Origin: Camelus dromedarius
Lineage: Eukaryota
DNA: 64,000 bases
Assembly: GCF_036321535.1 (NCBI RefSeq)
Contig: NC_087437.1
Coordinates: 34,226,001-34,290,000, forward strand
Reading direction: 5' to 3'
The notes below the pieces were generated by a model. That model was given only the letters and a program-made list of their open reading frames with translations. It was not told the DNA's origin and did not search any database. Shown here piece by piece: positions 21,488 through 33,213 of the stretch (the first letter of the stretch is position 1; every line of letters starts with the position of its first letter). A program made the position numbers and the translations under genes.

Positions 21488-22454
21488 ATGTCACTATTTC
21501 AGGATTTTAAAAGAGTTGTGAAGCATTAGTAGTGGAGACCTTCCTTACCTAGGGAGACAGCACCAGCAGCTCATCAGACACCTTTTGTCAACATCAACAG
21601 GTAGGGGCTCCCCAGGTAAGTCCAAAGTGGGCCTGCAACAGCAGTCAGGTTCTGTGACACAGCAGCAGCGGGTTAAGAAGAGCCGCATCTACCGCTGACC
21701 CTGAAGGACTGTGATGGACATCAGACCCAGCCACGGATAGAGGGGAAACGGAACACTGAGCAACGCATGAGCCTGGAGCTCAGTGGGCCCAGATCTACAG
21801 ATTCTTCTTATTGTCACTGGTAATGTTTCACACATTCTTTGACTAGCATCCTTAAAGCAGCTGAGGAGGGAATCAAGGGTTAGGTCACACCGTGCTGTAT
21901 TCAAGGAGTTCTCGTGATCCTGGTACTCATTACACAAGAACATGAGATACCAGACTATGTAGGAAAGCAAATATCTTACAATATAAAAAAGTACTGTCTT
22001 GAGCTGCCCATTTCTTTAAATCTTCCCTCACTCAAACATCCCTCCCCAAGCACACTAGTTCTGTACCAGCCGTCAGTCAAATACCTGAGGTCAGTCTCTC
22101 ACCAGCTGTCAGAAACTGTAAATGTATCTACCATTTTCAGATGACATCCGTGACTCTGAAGACTACAGCGAAATCAATTGCAGAATGAAACTGCAAGTCT
22201 TCTAAAAGATGAAGTTTCATGAAGCAATGAGTCTGACACTGGAGAACTGTTTGAATCATGTACAAAGCCACGACAGGCAGGAGGAAGCAGCTAATAACAG
22301 AGAAAGAGAAAACTGACCAGACATATTTGGCAGACGACGTAGGTGACTCACTCAACATCTCCCAACCCCTTCTTTTCTTGCCTGCTTCTACTTTACAGGC
22401 TGGAAACGCTGAAATAAACTCTCTCTCTCTCTCCTTCTCTTGCCGGCAGCCAGC

Positions 22455-22640
22455 AAGAACCAGACTGCCCGAGTTCAAATCTGACTTTGCCTCTTCCTAG
22501 CCATGTGATCCTGAGTGAGTCACCACACTCTCTTTCTCTCCATCTGTAAGATGCATCTGCTTCATGGAATTGTTCTGAGGATTAAATGGGTTAATCTATG
22601 CAAAGCCCTAAACATATTTCTGTCAAATAGCAAGAGTCCA
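22455..22640 (+). mobile_element. MIR SINE
   Basis: CCAGACTGCCCGAGTTCAAATCTGACT...CATCTGTAAGATG...GTTCTGAGGATTAAATG. Confidence 0.8.
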
Positions 22641-23974
22641 GGAAATGTGACCAGAATTCCAAGCGACCTAGAAGTAGGGCTACATGCCTGCACCCCCTGT
22701 GAGGTGGCAGTGGGCAGACAGGTTAGCAGTCCCACAGACTGCACATTTTGGAGCAGGAGTGTATCACTGAAGGAAGTTCTGGATGCTGGGCTGCCCAAAA
22801 TACGAGAGGCCCACCAGCTCTGCTAAGTCCCCAGGACAGCCCAGGGCGAATGTCATCAGTCGTCCACTTACCAGTGGCTCAAGGAGTAGGCATGTCTCCT
22901 GGGCTATTGAATTCCAGAGCCATTGCCACTGCTCCTTTGGGAGTTTAGTCCAGAGCCAAACAAGTGTGGAAAGTTCTTTTTTCCCTCCCCTGACATTCCT
23001 CTTACATTTTCATCTGCTGAATTTTCTCAGCTCTCTATTTAGTCAAATGAAATTGTCATAAACACTCCTCTCCCCTCTGTAACGTCAATCTGTAATGATT
23101 TGGAATGCATAATCTTGCCAACACTCGGTTGGCTGTGCGTCGTTAGCAAAACAATTCCACCCCACTTCAGCCACACTGTCAAGTTTCTACAATTCGCAAA
23201 GCCCATACTTTTCTCCCATAACAATTCTTCTCCGGAAGCCCCTCAGTTTCTTCCATCTTGCTGGGTGTGTTGCCTTCATTGTCTCCCGATCTTCCTGCTC
23301 CCTATCCCGGACTCCAGGGAACCAAGCCTGGCTTTTGCTCACTGGCAGGCAGCCCGGCTGAATACACGTGTCCCATTTCTCAGCTAGCCGCCATCCCTTG
23401 GCTGTTTAGTTTTTTCTACAGCCTGGTGAAGAGCACTTGCACCCAAGCCTACAGCAAAATTGGAGCCAAGAACTAACAGGAGGCCCCCTTGAGCATAAAA
23501 TTACCATTTCAAACTGAGGAAATGTTTCTCTAATCATTTCCTGCCTTTCTCAATTCCTTCCATCCCATGTATAATCATCCTCCCTAAAGATAAAAATAAA
23601 ATAAAATCTGGTTAAAGAATTTCTGAACTTTAAGCAGATTTGCTGAAACAGTTTGGAGAGCTTCTGTTTTGTGTAAATTTCCAATCTGAAGAGAGTAAGT
23701 ATGCAGCCTTTCTGTGAAACTAATAAAACAGAATATTATTGTGTTAATAGGTGGGCCAATTCACTGTAGACACACAGAAAGGACCATCAGGAGTAACCAG
23801 TGAAAGCTACGGAGCTTGAAATGGTGAAGTAGTGTTAGCAGCACTGTGACGCTGAGTTAGCCTTTAAAAACAGCATAAAAAGGAAAGGTGCATTGGCGAT
23901 CAGAGAAGGGATTTCTGAAGGGTTATTGATATTTTGACTATATTGTTCAAAGCATCATTTTTAATTTAAAATAC

Positions 23975-24100
23975 TATACTTCACAAAAGAAGATATACCA
24001 AAGGCCAAAAAGCACAGGAAAAAAATGTTCAACATCATTAGTCATCAGGACCCACAAAAAAAAACTAGAACAGGACACAGCTGTACCCCTACTGGGATGG
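23975..24100 (+). mobile_element. old L1 ORF2 fragment
   Basis: CTTCACAAAAGAAGATATAC..GGCCAA..AAATGTTCAACATCATTAGTCATCAGG. Confidence 0.75.
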
Positions 24101-24638
24101 GGATGAACGACACACCCTGTGTCCCGTGATGGGCCCTTGCTGACTTAGGGTGCTGGGACTAGAACCTTGGGGAGGAGGAGGCTCCGTGGGTTTCCTGTCT
24201 GACTCAGCCTTACTCGGCATCATGTCTATCTTCAGTAAATACAGTTCTAAGTGACTCAGGTCTCTAAATCTCACTACAGAGATGATGTCCACTCCTCTGG
24301 CACGACTCAGTTCCACAGGGACAGGGACTCTGGCTCTTTCCCCTTTGCATCCCCAGTGCTAAGTGTAACTCAACAAAGACATACTGACGGTATGCAGTAA
24401 GGCACATCATAGGTTACTGGCACATCAGAGAAGCAGGACTTCCAGAATGCTGTCAGATAGCAACTTAACTTTGCCTACCACTGTCTCTGTAGATCCATCT
24501 GGTGGCGTGCATTCTCCCTGTGCCCTTATATAAAACATCAGGCAGGGCCTGTGACTTCTCTGTTCACTTCATAAACTCAGTCTCAAATTCAATATTTAAC
24601 ATGGGTAGGCCAGGATAAAATGCAAAACTCCAAATGCA

Positions 24639-24735
24639 GGGGGGCGGGCCATAGCTCCATGGTAGACTGAATGCTTAGCATGCACGAGGTCCTGCGTTCA
24701 AGCCCCAGTACCTCCATTTAAATAAATAAATAAGT
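24639..24735 (+). mobile_element. Vic-1-type SINE
   Basis: GGGG..ATAGCTCCATGGTAGA..ATGCTTAGCATGCACGAGGTCCTGCGTTCAAGCCCCAGTACCTCC plus (AAAT)n. Confidence 0.9.
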
Positions 24736-24774
24736 GAACTCCGCCCAGCAGGGGTTTAAAGTCAATGCTTCCTT

Positions 24775-24931
24775 ATAGGGAGCTATATTCAATACCCTGT
24801 AATGGCCTACAATGAAAAAATATGAAAAGGAATATATATATATGTATATGTGTAATTGAATCACTAAGCTGTACACCAGAAATTAACACAACATTGTAAA
24901 CTGACTATACTTGAATTTAAAAATAAACGAA
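24775..24931 (+). mobile_element. 5'-truncated artiodactyl-type L1 3' end with TSD
   Basis: GGGAGCTATATTCAATA...CTGTACACCAGAAATTAACACAACATTGTAAACTGACTATACTT; TSD TAAAGTCAATGCTTCCTT (24757-24774) and TAAAGCCAATTCTTCCTT (24932-24949). Confidence 0.9.
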
Positions 24932-26384
24932 TAAAGCCAATTCTTCCTTTAGTGAGTATTTTGTGAGTCCTTTGGAGAGCCCTGCTCCCTCTCAAAAGGA
25001 AACATGAATTATCCAATTTGCAGTTACCTTGCCCTGGGGGAATTTAACTCTATTCCTCTGGCGCTCAACCTAGGATATTAATTAGCCCCTAGGAATCCAG
25101 CCAGACCTTAGACTCCTCTCAGCTGTTTGCCCCTCAGTGGATCTCTAGGGTAGGACCAAAGATGACCCCATGCCAGCTCTCTCTTGTGTTGCGACCTACA
25201 TTTGCTGCACAGGAAACATGTGTTCTTAGCCTGACAAAGTCTGAGTGACATCTGATTCCAACCCAACCCCTGCTCCTTTACTCACCACCAAAGCCGTTGG
25301 CCTCCCACCCCCTCAGCATTGAGGTTTACTTCTCAGGCCAGAGTTGACCCCAGATCACTGTGACCCAACTGTGGAGACCCCCATCCAGCTCTCCTGAGGG
25401 CCCTTGCATTGGGTTTCAGGTGGGAGTAATTTTTGCCCCTTGGCTGGGATCAAACACCGAGTGAACCAACAATACTGTTCTAAAAATCCACTTCCCCACC
25501 TCTCTCCTGTCTCTGCTGCCCTCAGCCCTTTATGTGCCCTTGATGCAGGTGAAGAGTTCAAGAGTCTGTAAGCACGTTCCTGCTAGATCCCTTGGACGCT
25601 TGCACATTGGAATGTGGTATCTCTCCTATCTCTGGGACCTCAGCTGTGACACACACATCTAAAGGAACCGAAGCATAAATGCTGCTCGGTGAAGTGAAAA
25701 CTGGTTGAGGAGCTGTCATGACTGAGTGCCCCCAGATGACTCATGTGTGTGTCCGGACAACTTCAGGGGTGCAGAAGGGGCCCCACAAACATGAGGTCAT
25801 GCTTCCCATAGATGCAAGGTCAGAAGGCTTTCCTCCTAGGGGAGTCTAGGATGGCCGAGTCTCAGTGAGAACAGCTGGAGTGAAGTGATGGGTCCCCCTG
25901 ACCCCACTGCCGCCTTCCTTGGCTGCGGTCATAGAGAACTTGGGGTCAGCTGATGGAGGGTTTCCAAGAGCCCCTGTGGCCCATATGACCCATATTGAAT
26001 GGAAGTGAAAAGTCCAAAATAAACTCCCCTCAGAGGTCAGGGGTTAAGAGAGCTTGTAGGTAGCTGGGGTTGGCTTTAGGAACACCAGACCGGACGTTAA
26101 CTTTCCCTCTGCCTGTGGCAAGAGACAGAAATGGTTCTTATGAAGCTCTGGACTCCCAGCATAGGTGGCATGGCCAATGGGTAACCCATAGACTTGGTCG
26201 ACATTTGTCAGCAAGGCACAGGCATTTGAGTGGTGACAGTGCTCTGGGACCGTGCCAGGCAGTGAATGCCTGGTGGAACTTCATTTGGAAGACCATGCCA
26301 TTGAGAGCTGGGAAAAGCCGAGGGGGTTTAGAGACAGAATTGATAATTCTGCAGACCATCAGGCAGTGGAAAATCATTAACTGC

Positions 26385-26876
26385 TGCTGGGGTTCAGAGC
26401 ACGCTACCCCCAAAATATAGCAACTTAATACACTGAATATTTTAAGCTGAAGAAGTCTGAGAAAATGGAAGGTCAATCTGACCTTGTCCCCACCCCACTC
26501 ATCATCCTTCTTGAAACAGGTCATAAAATCCTCCCTGAAGAGGTGCTCTCCCTTTGTCTGGAAAAGGAGCATCCTAATGTCCAAAGATAAAGGGATGCTG
26601 AGAAGAATCCTAACAAACAGGCCTTGCTAAGTTTCCCCAGTTTAATGCTCCTTAACCAATCACATTTTACACGACTGTCTACTCTTCATCAAACTTACCA
26701 TAAAATACTCAAGTCTGTTTCTTTGGGTCTTTATTTCCTTAAGTCTCCCATGTCCTGTAAAACTTATGTTAATAAATTTATGTGCTTTTCTCCTGTTAAG
26801 CTGCCTTTGTCAGTTTAATTTTCAGAACTGGCCAGTGACCCCCAAGATGATCAAAGAAACTTTTTCTTCCCATACA
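26385..26876 (+). mobile_element. ERV1-class solo LTR (MER39/MER34-like), 492 bp
   Basis: TGCTGGGGTTCAGAGCACGCTACCCCCAAAATATAGC...AATAAATTTATGTGCTTTTCTCCTGTTAA...TTTTTCTTCCCATACA; perfect 4-bp TSD CTGC. Confidence 0.88.
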
Positions 26877-29479
26877 CTGCTTAGGATTTCTTTCTCTCTA
26901 GCATTACATGCAGTAACTTAGGATCTTCAAAAGTAAAACCTGCAGAAGGTCCATGGCCAAGGCTTTTCCCAGCATCCTTATCCCCTCTTTCAGGCTCAGG
27001 AAGTGGATGAGACCACTGGAAAGGAAACCAAGAGGCTCTCTTTACTTCTGGAGCCCAGGACCCAAGGAGTCTATTCGCAGCATCTTCTCATCTGAGCCAC
27101 CAATCAGACACCTCCCCAGCCAATAGCAATCTCCCATGCGATCCTTTGCCATGAAGTCTCCAAAGAGTTCACCCAAAAAAAGCTCCCTAGGTTTTGTAGT
27201 ATTTTCATTTTTCCAAATAAAACGTCAAACTCTCCCTCCTCCTCTTCTGAAGAGGAGGGAAGATAGAAGGACAGTACCTCTGAGCCCAAAGTGGGCTATT
27301 CTCTCTTCTCCCCATCTTAGCACATACAGCATTGTTCCCAAGATCTTACTTGTGAAGGCTGGGATAAAGGGAAGCAGGGAGGGTGGAGGCTTCAGAGTAC
27401 TAGACCAAGAAGGCCAAGAACTGATGGGACTGAAGGTTCAGGCTGGTGAAGCCCTGGGGACCCAGGAGTTCAAGACGTACCATGTGCAGGACAAACGGCA
27501 TGGGGGGCCAGGAAGCTGCAGAGGAACACTCTGGACTTGGACCAGAAGTGGTCACTGAACCCTCAGGTTAGGAGGCCCAGTGTCCCCAGAGATCAGGGGC
27601 AGGACAGTGGGTGAAGCAGTGCAGACCTATGCATTACCCTGCCAAGCTGAGATCTGCAGCTCCACCAAGTTGCTGTATGTGATACTCAGAGATTCCTCAC
27701 CCCAAGTATCCCGGTTTGGACGACTCACCCAGAAGCAAAGCAAAGAACAGGACTGCAGGACTATATGAGATCCCAGCAGGCAAAGCAGAGTAGGAACCCT
27801 TTCATCTATCTGCAGGAGAACTTTATATGGACTAGGGCCTTAGATAATTGTGTGCCCAACTCACACCTTTCTGTGACAAATGTTTCAGAAAGAGACATAC
27901 CTTTAGCCTTCACGGGAGAATGAAGGAGCTATACCTATTTTTTTCTTTTGTTATCATATAAACCTTTCTCTGTTATAATATATAATATAAACGTAAGAAT
28001 AGAAGATTAAAATACATGGGGTGGCAAGTAATAGTGTAACCCATTAGGGTTTGATTCCAGGTTGAAATTCAAATTTACCAATATTTATACTAGCATTTTA
28101 CCAGTTCAAATATGCACCCATTGAAAATCCCAACCTTTCAGCTTCTACATTAAGATGTTTTAAAATTTCTTTTCTTTTCTTTTTCTTTTTTTTCGCCAAA
28201 ATTCTCCAACTGTTTGAAATCTAACAATCATGCCTTAGACTGTCACGTCCTTCATAAGCTTAAGCCACTAGCTAGGAGAAAAAAAGAAGCTCAGAAAGTA
28301 GACTTTCCTGTTAAGAGAGTTTGTAATTCACAATAAGAAAATAGCAAGGACCTAACAACTAATTTATTCCCTAATGTAAATATTTAAAATGTTAATTTAG
28401 TGTGTGTGTGTGTCTGCGCACATGTACCCATCACATGAGGCTTGGTACCCCTTGGGGTTTCAATTGCAAATTTCAAGCACGTTGAGTTGTGTGTTAGGTA
28501 TTCACAGCAGCCAGTTCTGGTAGGAAAATGAGCTCCTTTCATTCAAATGAAAAATGAATCCAGTGCCCTTTAATGGGATTTATATTCAATTAGTCAACAA
28601 ATGGAAGGAAGAGTCCTCCAGTGAACAGTCTGGATAACAGAATTAAGCTAATTTACCTCCACCTGATCCTATTTTTTCCTCCTAGAACACAGTATATAGG
28701 GTAGAAAATTCTAAAGTTTCCTTTAATCTTCACAGTTCTATCCAATTTTGTCTGTGCCTGAAAACAGACACCCTGTATTACCAAATATGATTCTTCTTTC
28801 TTAAATTAGAAGAGACCTTAATGCAAGTAACTCATGATTTATCAGTACCCCCTAGCCACAGGCATATCCCCTTCTGCATCTGCGTAGAACTCTGTCCTCA
28901 AAAGCCCAATTTATTGTTCAAGGTGACCTATGGCAATCTCCAGGGACTAAAGTAGATATTTCCTCTTCCAATAAATGAGGTTTCACAGTTTAAATGAAAC
29001 ATACAAGGTCAAAGAAGGAATACAATTTAGATAAATCACCACAAAAATCCTCACTTAAAAACAAAGCAATTTTAAAAAAAATCTTTATCCCACCCTGGCA
29101 CAGCTGAGCCATATGACATTGAAACAGGGACTTCTGTGGACTGTCCACCTCTGCAGAAGGCCTCCTGTTGAAGTTTCAGAAGTTGGAGCTTTAAAATGGA
29201 TTCTGGAAGGCTGGCTTGAAAATAACATCAAATAGTGAGCTATACCTGATGAGCAGCCACTGGGGCCAGAGCTTCCCTGGGATGGAAGGTCTGGAGCTTC
29301 CGCTGTGTAAGTCACAGACACAGACCCATCCCGGCACTGGCCCTCCTACTGTTTCCTCATCAGCCACAAGAGCTCACAGCCCAAGACTCCAGGTCCCAGC
29401 TGTGACCATGCAATAGGGTCTAGAATTAATCCAAAGTTGTGTCCCGTCTGGCTGGGAGCCCCAATCAATGAGATGAGGG

Positions 29480-30180
29480 AGGCCACGTGAGGACTGAGTC
29501 AAAGCCCACTCTGGAGGAGGACTGCAGGCAACCGAGCTGGTTCTGCCTTCCCCAGATGTGGAGAGAAGCTGGATGCAAACGAGTAACACATGCAGACATT
29601 TCTCTTTCAGCGAATGCTCACCTTTGATGATCAGGTAAACTACAATCACACCTGTCTTCTCTGGCCTTCAGCCTGGGACTCCCCCCCTTAGCTCTTTGAG
29701 GTTTTCTCTTCCTGAAGACAAAGAAAATAGGGCCTCAAAACAGATATTCCTGTCTGAATCGTGTGCTTTTTGTCATCTGTGGTTTTCTGTGAGTTTATAA
29801 GTAGCACATTCCATGAAAATTTGAAGGAAAAGAAAGCAAAGTGAAAAGAATGAAGAAAAGAACAGCAGTTTTCCATTCAGATACAACCACTGTATCTGCT
29901 GTTTTCTCATCCTGGGAGTTTCCACAGTATAGGTTTGGGTTTCCTGGATCTGGGCATCATGGCTTCCTCTGCTCTGCGTCGTTCTCTCTGTCTAATTGTG
30001 GGAAAATGTCTCCTCTGTCTTCTTGCCATAACTTAGCATCAGCCATGTCCATCAGTCTGCACAGCATCTCCAAATATGGCGGTTGTGTTTTTCATCCATA
30101 AACAATCCTCCTGCCCTCCACGCCCCATCTCCCCTTGCTGCCCTTTTCTATCTGCTTTCTTCCATGACGTGGGCGCAATG
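29480..30180. promoter_or_regulatory. candidate enhancer: E-box, AP-1, RUNX, TEAD, CArG/YY1, KLF and TGACGTGG motifs
   Basis: CACGTG 29484; TGAGTCA 29495; TGTGGTTT 29778; ACATTCCA 29806; CCAAATATGG(CGG) 30070; CCACGCCC 30118; TGACGTGG 30165; all in non-repetitive DNA. Motif evidence only. Confidence 0.4.
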
Positions 30181-32479
30181 TGTCCTTGACTCTTTGAGGA
30201 TAGGAACAAGAGGTGGTTTAAGGCTTCCTAATGTTTTGAAGTAATGTTTTCAGAAGAGGACATTTTGGCATTGATTTCTCAGGAGAGGCACCTCTTTTGT
30301 CTTAAGCACATATTTTAATATGTCCAGTGCTTTATCTCCATGTAAAAGGGCTATTTCTACATCCAGTATGTATTGAGAGGTGAGACAGATTCTAGCAGCA
30401 ACCGTGTATATCTCAGGTCAAATTCTGTGGTCTAGTAAGGGAAGTGATTTGAGATTTTCTATAATTCTGCTTTTCTGGATTAGAAGTCAGCTTGCTGGTG
30501 GGAAGGAGGTGGGGCCTGGCAGCGGGTGGCAATGTGCAGCTGTCCTGCCCCCGGCAGAAGCTCAGAAGTTCCTTCCCTGGGTTTGTCGGGCAGCTCAAGG
30601 CTCATGGGGCATCTTACCCTTCTTTGGCCACCACTACCCTCATTAGGAATCCGCTTCATATTTGGAGATACCATCTGCTCGTACTGGGACCTGGGAGCTG
30701 AGGGTGAGTGATGCGGGTGGCCTCTCACTGGGATGAGCTCTGGTGCTGGTTCCATTGAGAGTCCACATCTCACCTCAGGTCCTCCCAACATCGCCCCTGA
30801 CTTCCCTGTGGTTGCTCATCCCTCCAACTTCTCCTCCTCCAACACCTGCTTGAGCTCTCTTCCACTCATTCCCTACTGCAGACATGATGCCATTATTTGC
30901 TGCAGTGTCTGTCCCCCTTCTTCCTTGCCTCCAGAACCCTGACTTTGTTCCCCAGGGCCACTGTGTGCAATCCAAGGTGGTTCATGCTTCACCTAAGTTA
31001 GTGGTTCCCCAGGAAGTTTAACCCACACCAGAAGATGCTTAGGGAATTTGTGTGTATTGGGAGTATGTGTGTAAATGTCTGAATGATTGGGGGTGGTGCG
31101 CCAGAGAGTGGGGACGGGGGTGCTGGATGCCCCGCAGTGTGGGAGAGTTCTGTGGCACCAAAACCAGCCCCTCCTTTTCTTCTAATGCCCACTCGTAGAT
31201 GAAAAAAACTGTATCCTCTGTGCCCAACAATTTAGCTCCATTTTATGTATAAATACAAAGTATGTGTTTTGTCGCTCTAACAAACACTGACATTTTCCAG
31301 GAGGGCTGCAATTGCATAAATTGAGGAAAGATTGTGCTATGCTCGTGCTGTTTTGAAATTTACCAGGAACTGTTCACTATTACAGAAAATTACATCACTG
31401 CTGGGCGTCACTCCCTGTATTTGAGTTGACAGTGCCATACCCCAACATCAGTCTGCCTTGGTAACAGTCACGTGCAATTATGTGACAGAGGGAATTAGAG
31501 TCCCTGCTAATAGATTTAGAAATAAAAAATTATTAAATAATGGGAGGTGCATGACATGGTAATCTGAGTTAAATTTATTACTGAGTCTCTTTCAGCATCA
31601 TTTCATGTATGTCATCCCATATTGGAAATTTTTCGTTTGTTTAACATGATGATAAGAAATCTATGCTGTGAGAATAATATTTATTTATTTGGCGGTTGCC
31701 TGTTTCAAACACCTGTGTTTTTTTTTTTTTTTTGGAGTTATTGGGAGAGTTTATTTACTTATTTATTTTTGAGGTACAGTTGATTTACCCTACAGCCTCT
31801 TTAATTATAATGTTTTCCTAGAGTATCTTTTATTGAAACACAGGCCTTCAAGGGTTTTGTAGGTCCTCAACACTAAGCATCGATATTGAGGTGTGAGGTC
31901 CTCACGATGGGAGATGGATTTCCCGTGGTACTTTCCCAGTTGCTGTCCGCTGTCATAAAGGAAGAATTATTTCTGACGTTGCACTTAGCAGTAAGGCTCA
32001 GCTCACTCGAGAGACTATCATAGCCTTCATCGTGTACTGTGTGTGGACGATGAAGGTTTTTCCTCCCTCTTTCTTTATCACATTCAAACGAGTCTGGTTT
32101 GTTATTACGGAAACTTGCCCTAGATTTTATTCCAGGGCCTGTATTCCTTGTATGGAATATCTTCTGATCTTTCTCTTTTCTTTTCAACTATTCCTTATAA
32201 ATAGGTGCAACAGCCAACTCTGACATTATGTCTTCTAGCGGCTCAGACCGAGCCAATGATGCACTGAAATGTACATCATATTATAAATTACTTTCCTCTT
32301 ATTTCTTATTTTTATATTACAGTTAGGGCCTTGTTTGAAATTACAGCTATAAATGCGTTATATGATCTCGTCATTGCCTTTCGGGATAAAGGCGTGTCAC
32401 AAAATTTTTGGTTTTTTTTAAAGGGAGGGGATCAAAGAGGGGATTAATTTTGATAAGAGTAGGTCTAAGGCCAAAACAA

Positions 32480-32890
32480 AAGCCCTGTTCCCCACTGTCC
32501 AGCCTCCCTGGAGCAGTGGATGGAGAGCTGCAGAGGGGGGCATGTGACCCAGTTCTAGTCAATGAGATCTGTTGGGCAGACGTCTGTGGGCAGAGGAGTG
32601 TGGGAAGCCTTGTGTTCTGATAAAGAGGGACACGTGTGGCTTACCTGCTTCCCCTTCCTTTTTACCACCTGAAATGCTGATGCCTGGCTGGACCTGCAGC
32701 TTGTAACCATGTGGTGATGTGTCAAGGACAAAGCCAATATACTAAAGATGGCAAACTGGAAAGAAAAGCATCTGAGTACCCAGATGATATTTCTGACCTA
32801 CTGAACCAAAGCGAATGGATATTTAATCATGAGTATGGAAGGGATGTCATTGTTTAAGCCATTGCCAGTTAAGTTTTCTGTCACCTGCTT
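32480..32890 (+). mobile_element. ancient ERVL-type LTR (LTR33/LTR16-like)
   Basis: GGCATGTGACCCAGTTCTAGTCAATGAGAT...CTAAAGATGGCAAA..GGAAAGA...CTGAACCAA...TTGTTTAAGCCATT. Confidence 0.65.
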
Positions 32891-33131
32891 AATTAATAAA
32901 CTATCTGCTCCTTTGCTTACATTGAATGTTGCGATGACTGGTCTCACCTGTAGCTGCACACCGCCCCCCCAACTCTGCAACACCCTAACTCAGTAGTGAT
33001 TCAGTAATCACTATTCTAAAAAAAATCCGTGAATGCTCTTCCAGCATTCAGCACTATGCTTGTGGAAACTGCCCACCTTCTCTCTAGGGTACTCTGTTCT
33101 GAATGCTTATTCAACCTTGCAAATAAACCAT

Positions 33132-33213
33132 GGGGCAGAGTGGGGGCGGGGTGGGGGCGGGGTGGGGACAGGGTGGGGGCAGGGTGGGGTGGAGGCGGGG
33201 TGGGCGGTGGGGG
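33132..33213 (+). repeat. G-rich ~11-bp tandem repeat (GTGGGGGCRGG); GC-box array and G-quadruplex candidate
   Basis: More than ten G-runs of 3-5 nt in 82 bp, including GGGGCGGGG motifs. Confidence 0.9.

Noticed and set aside
22141..22345. Coding exon after the acceptor-like CCATTTTCAG
   Set aside because: Stops in all three frames within ~70 nt and no recognisable homology.
31873..32187. 104-aa minus-strand ORF in unique DNA
   Set aside because: No recognisable domain and no clear splice context; the length is within chance expectation.
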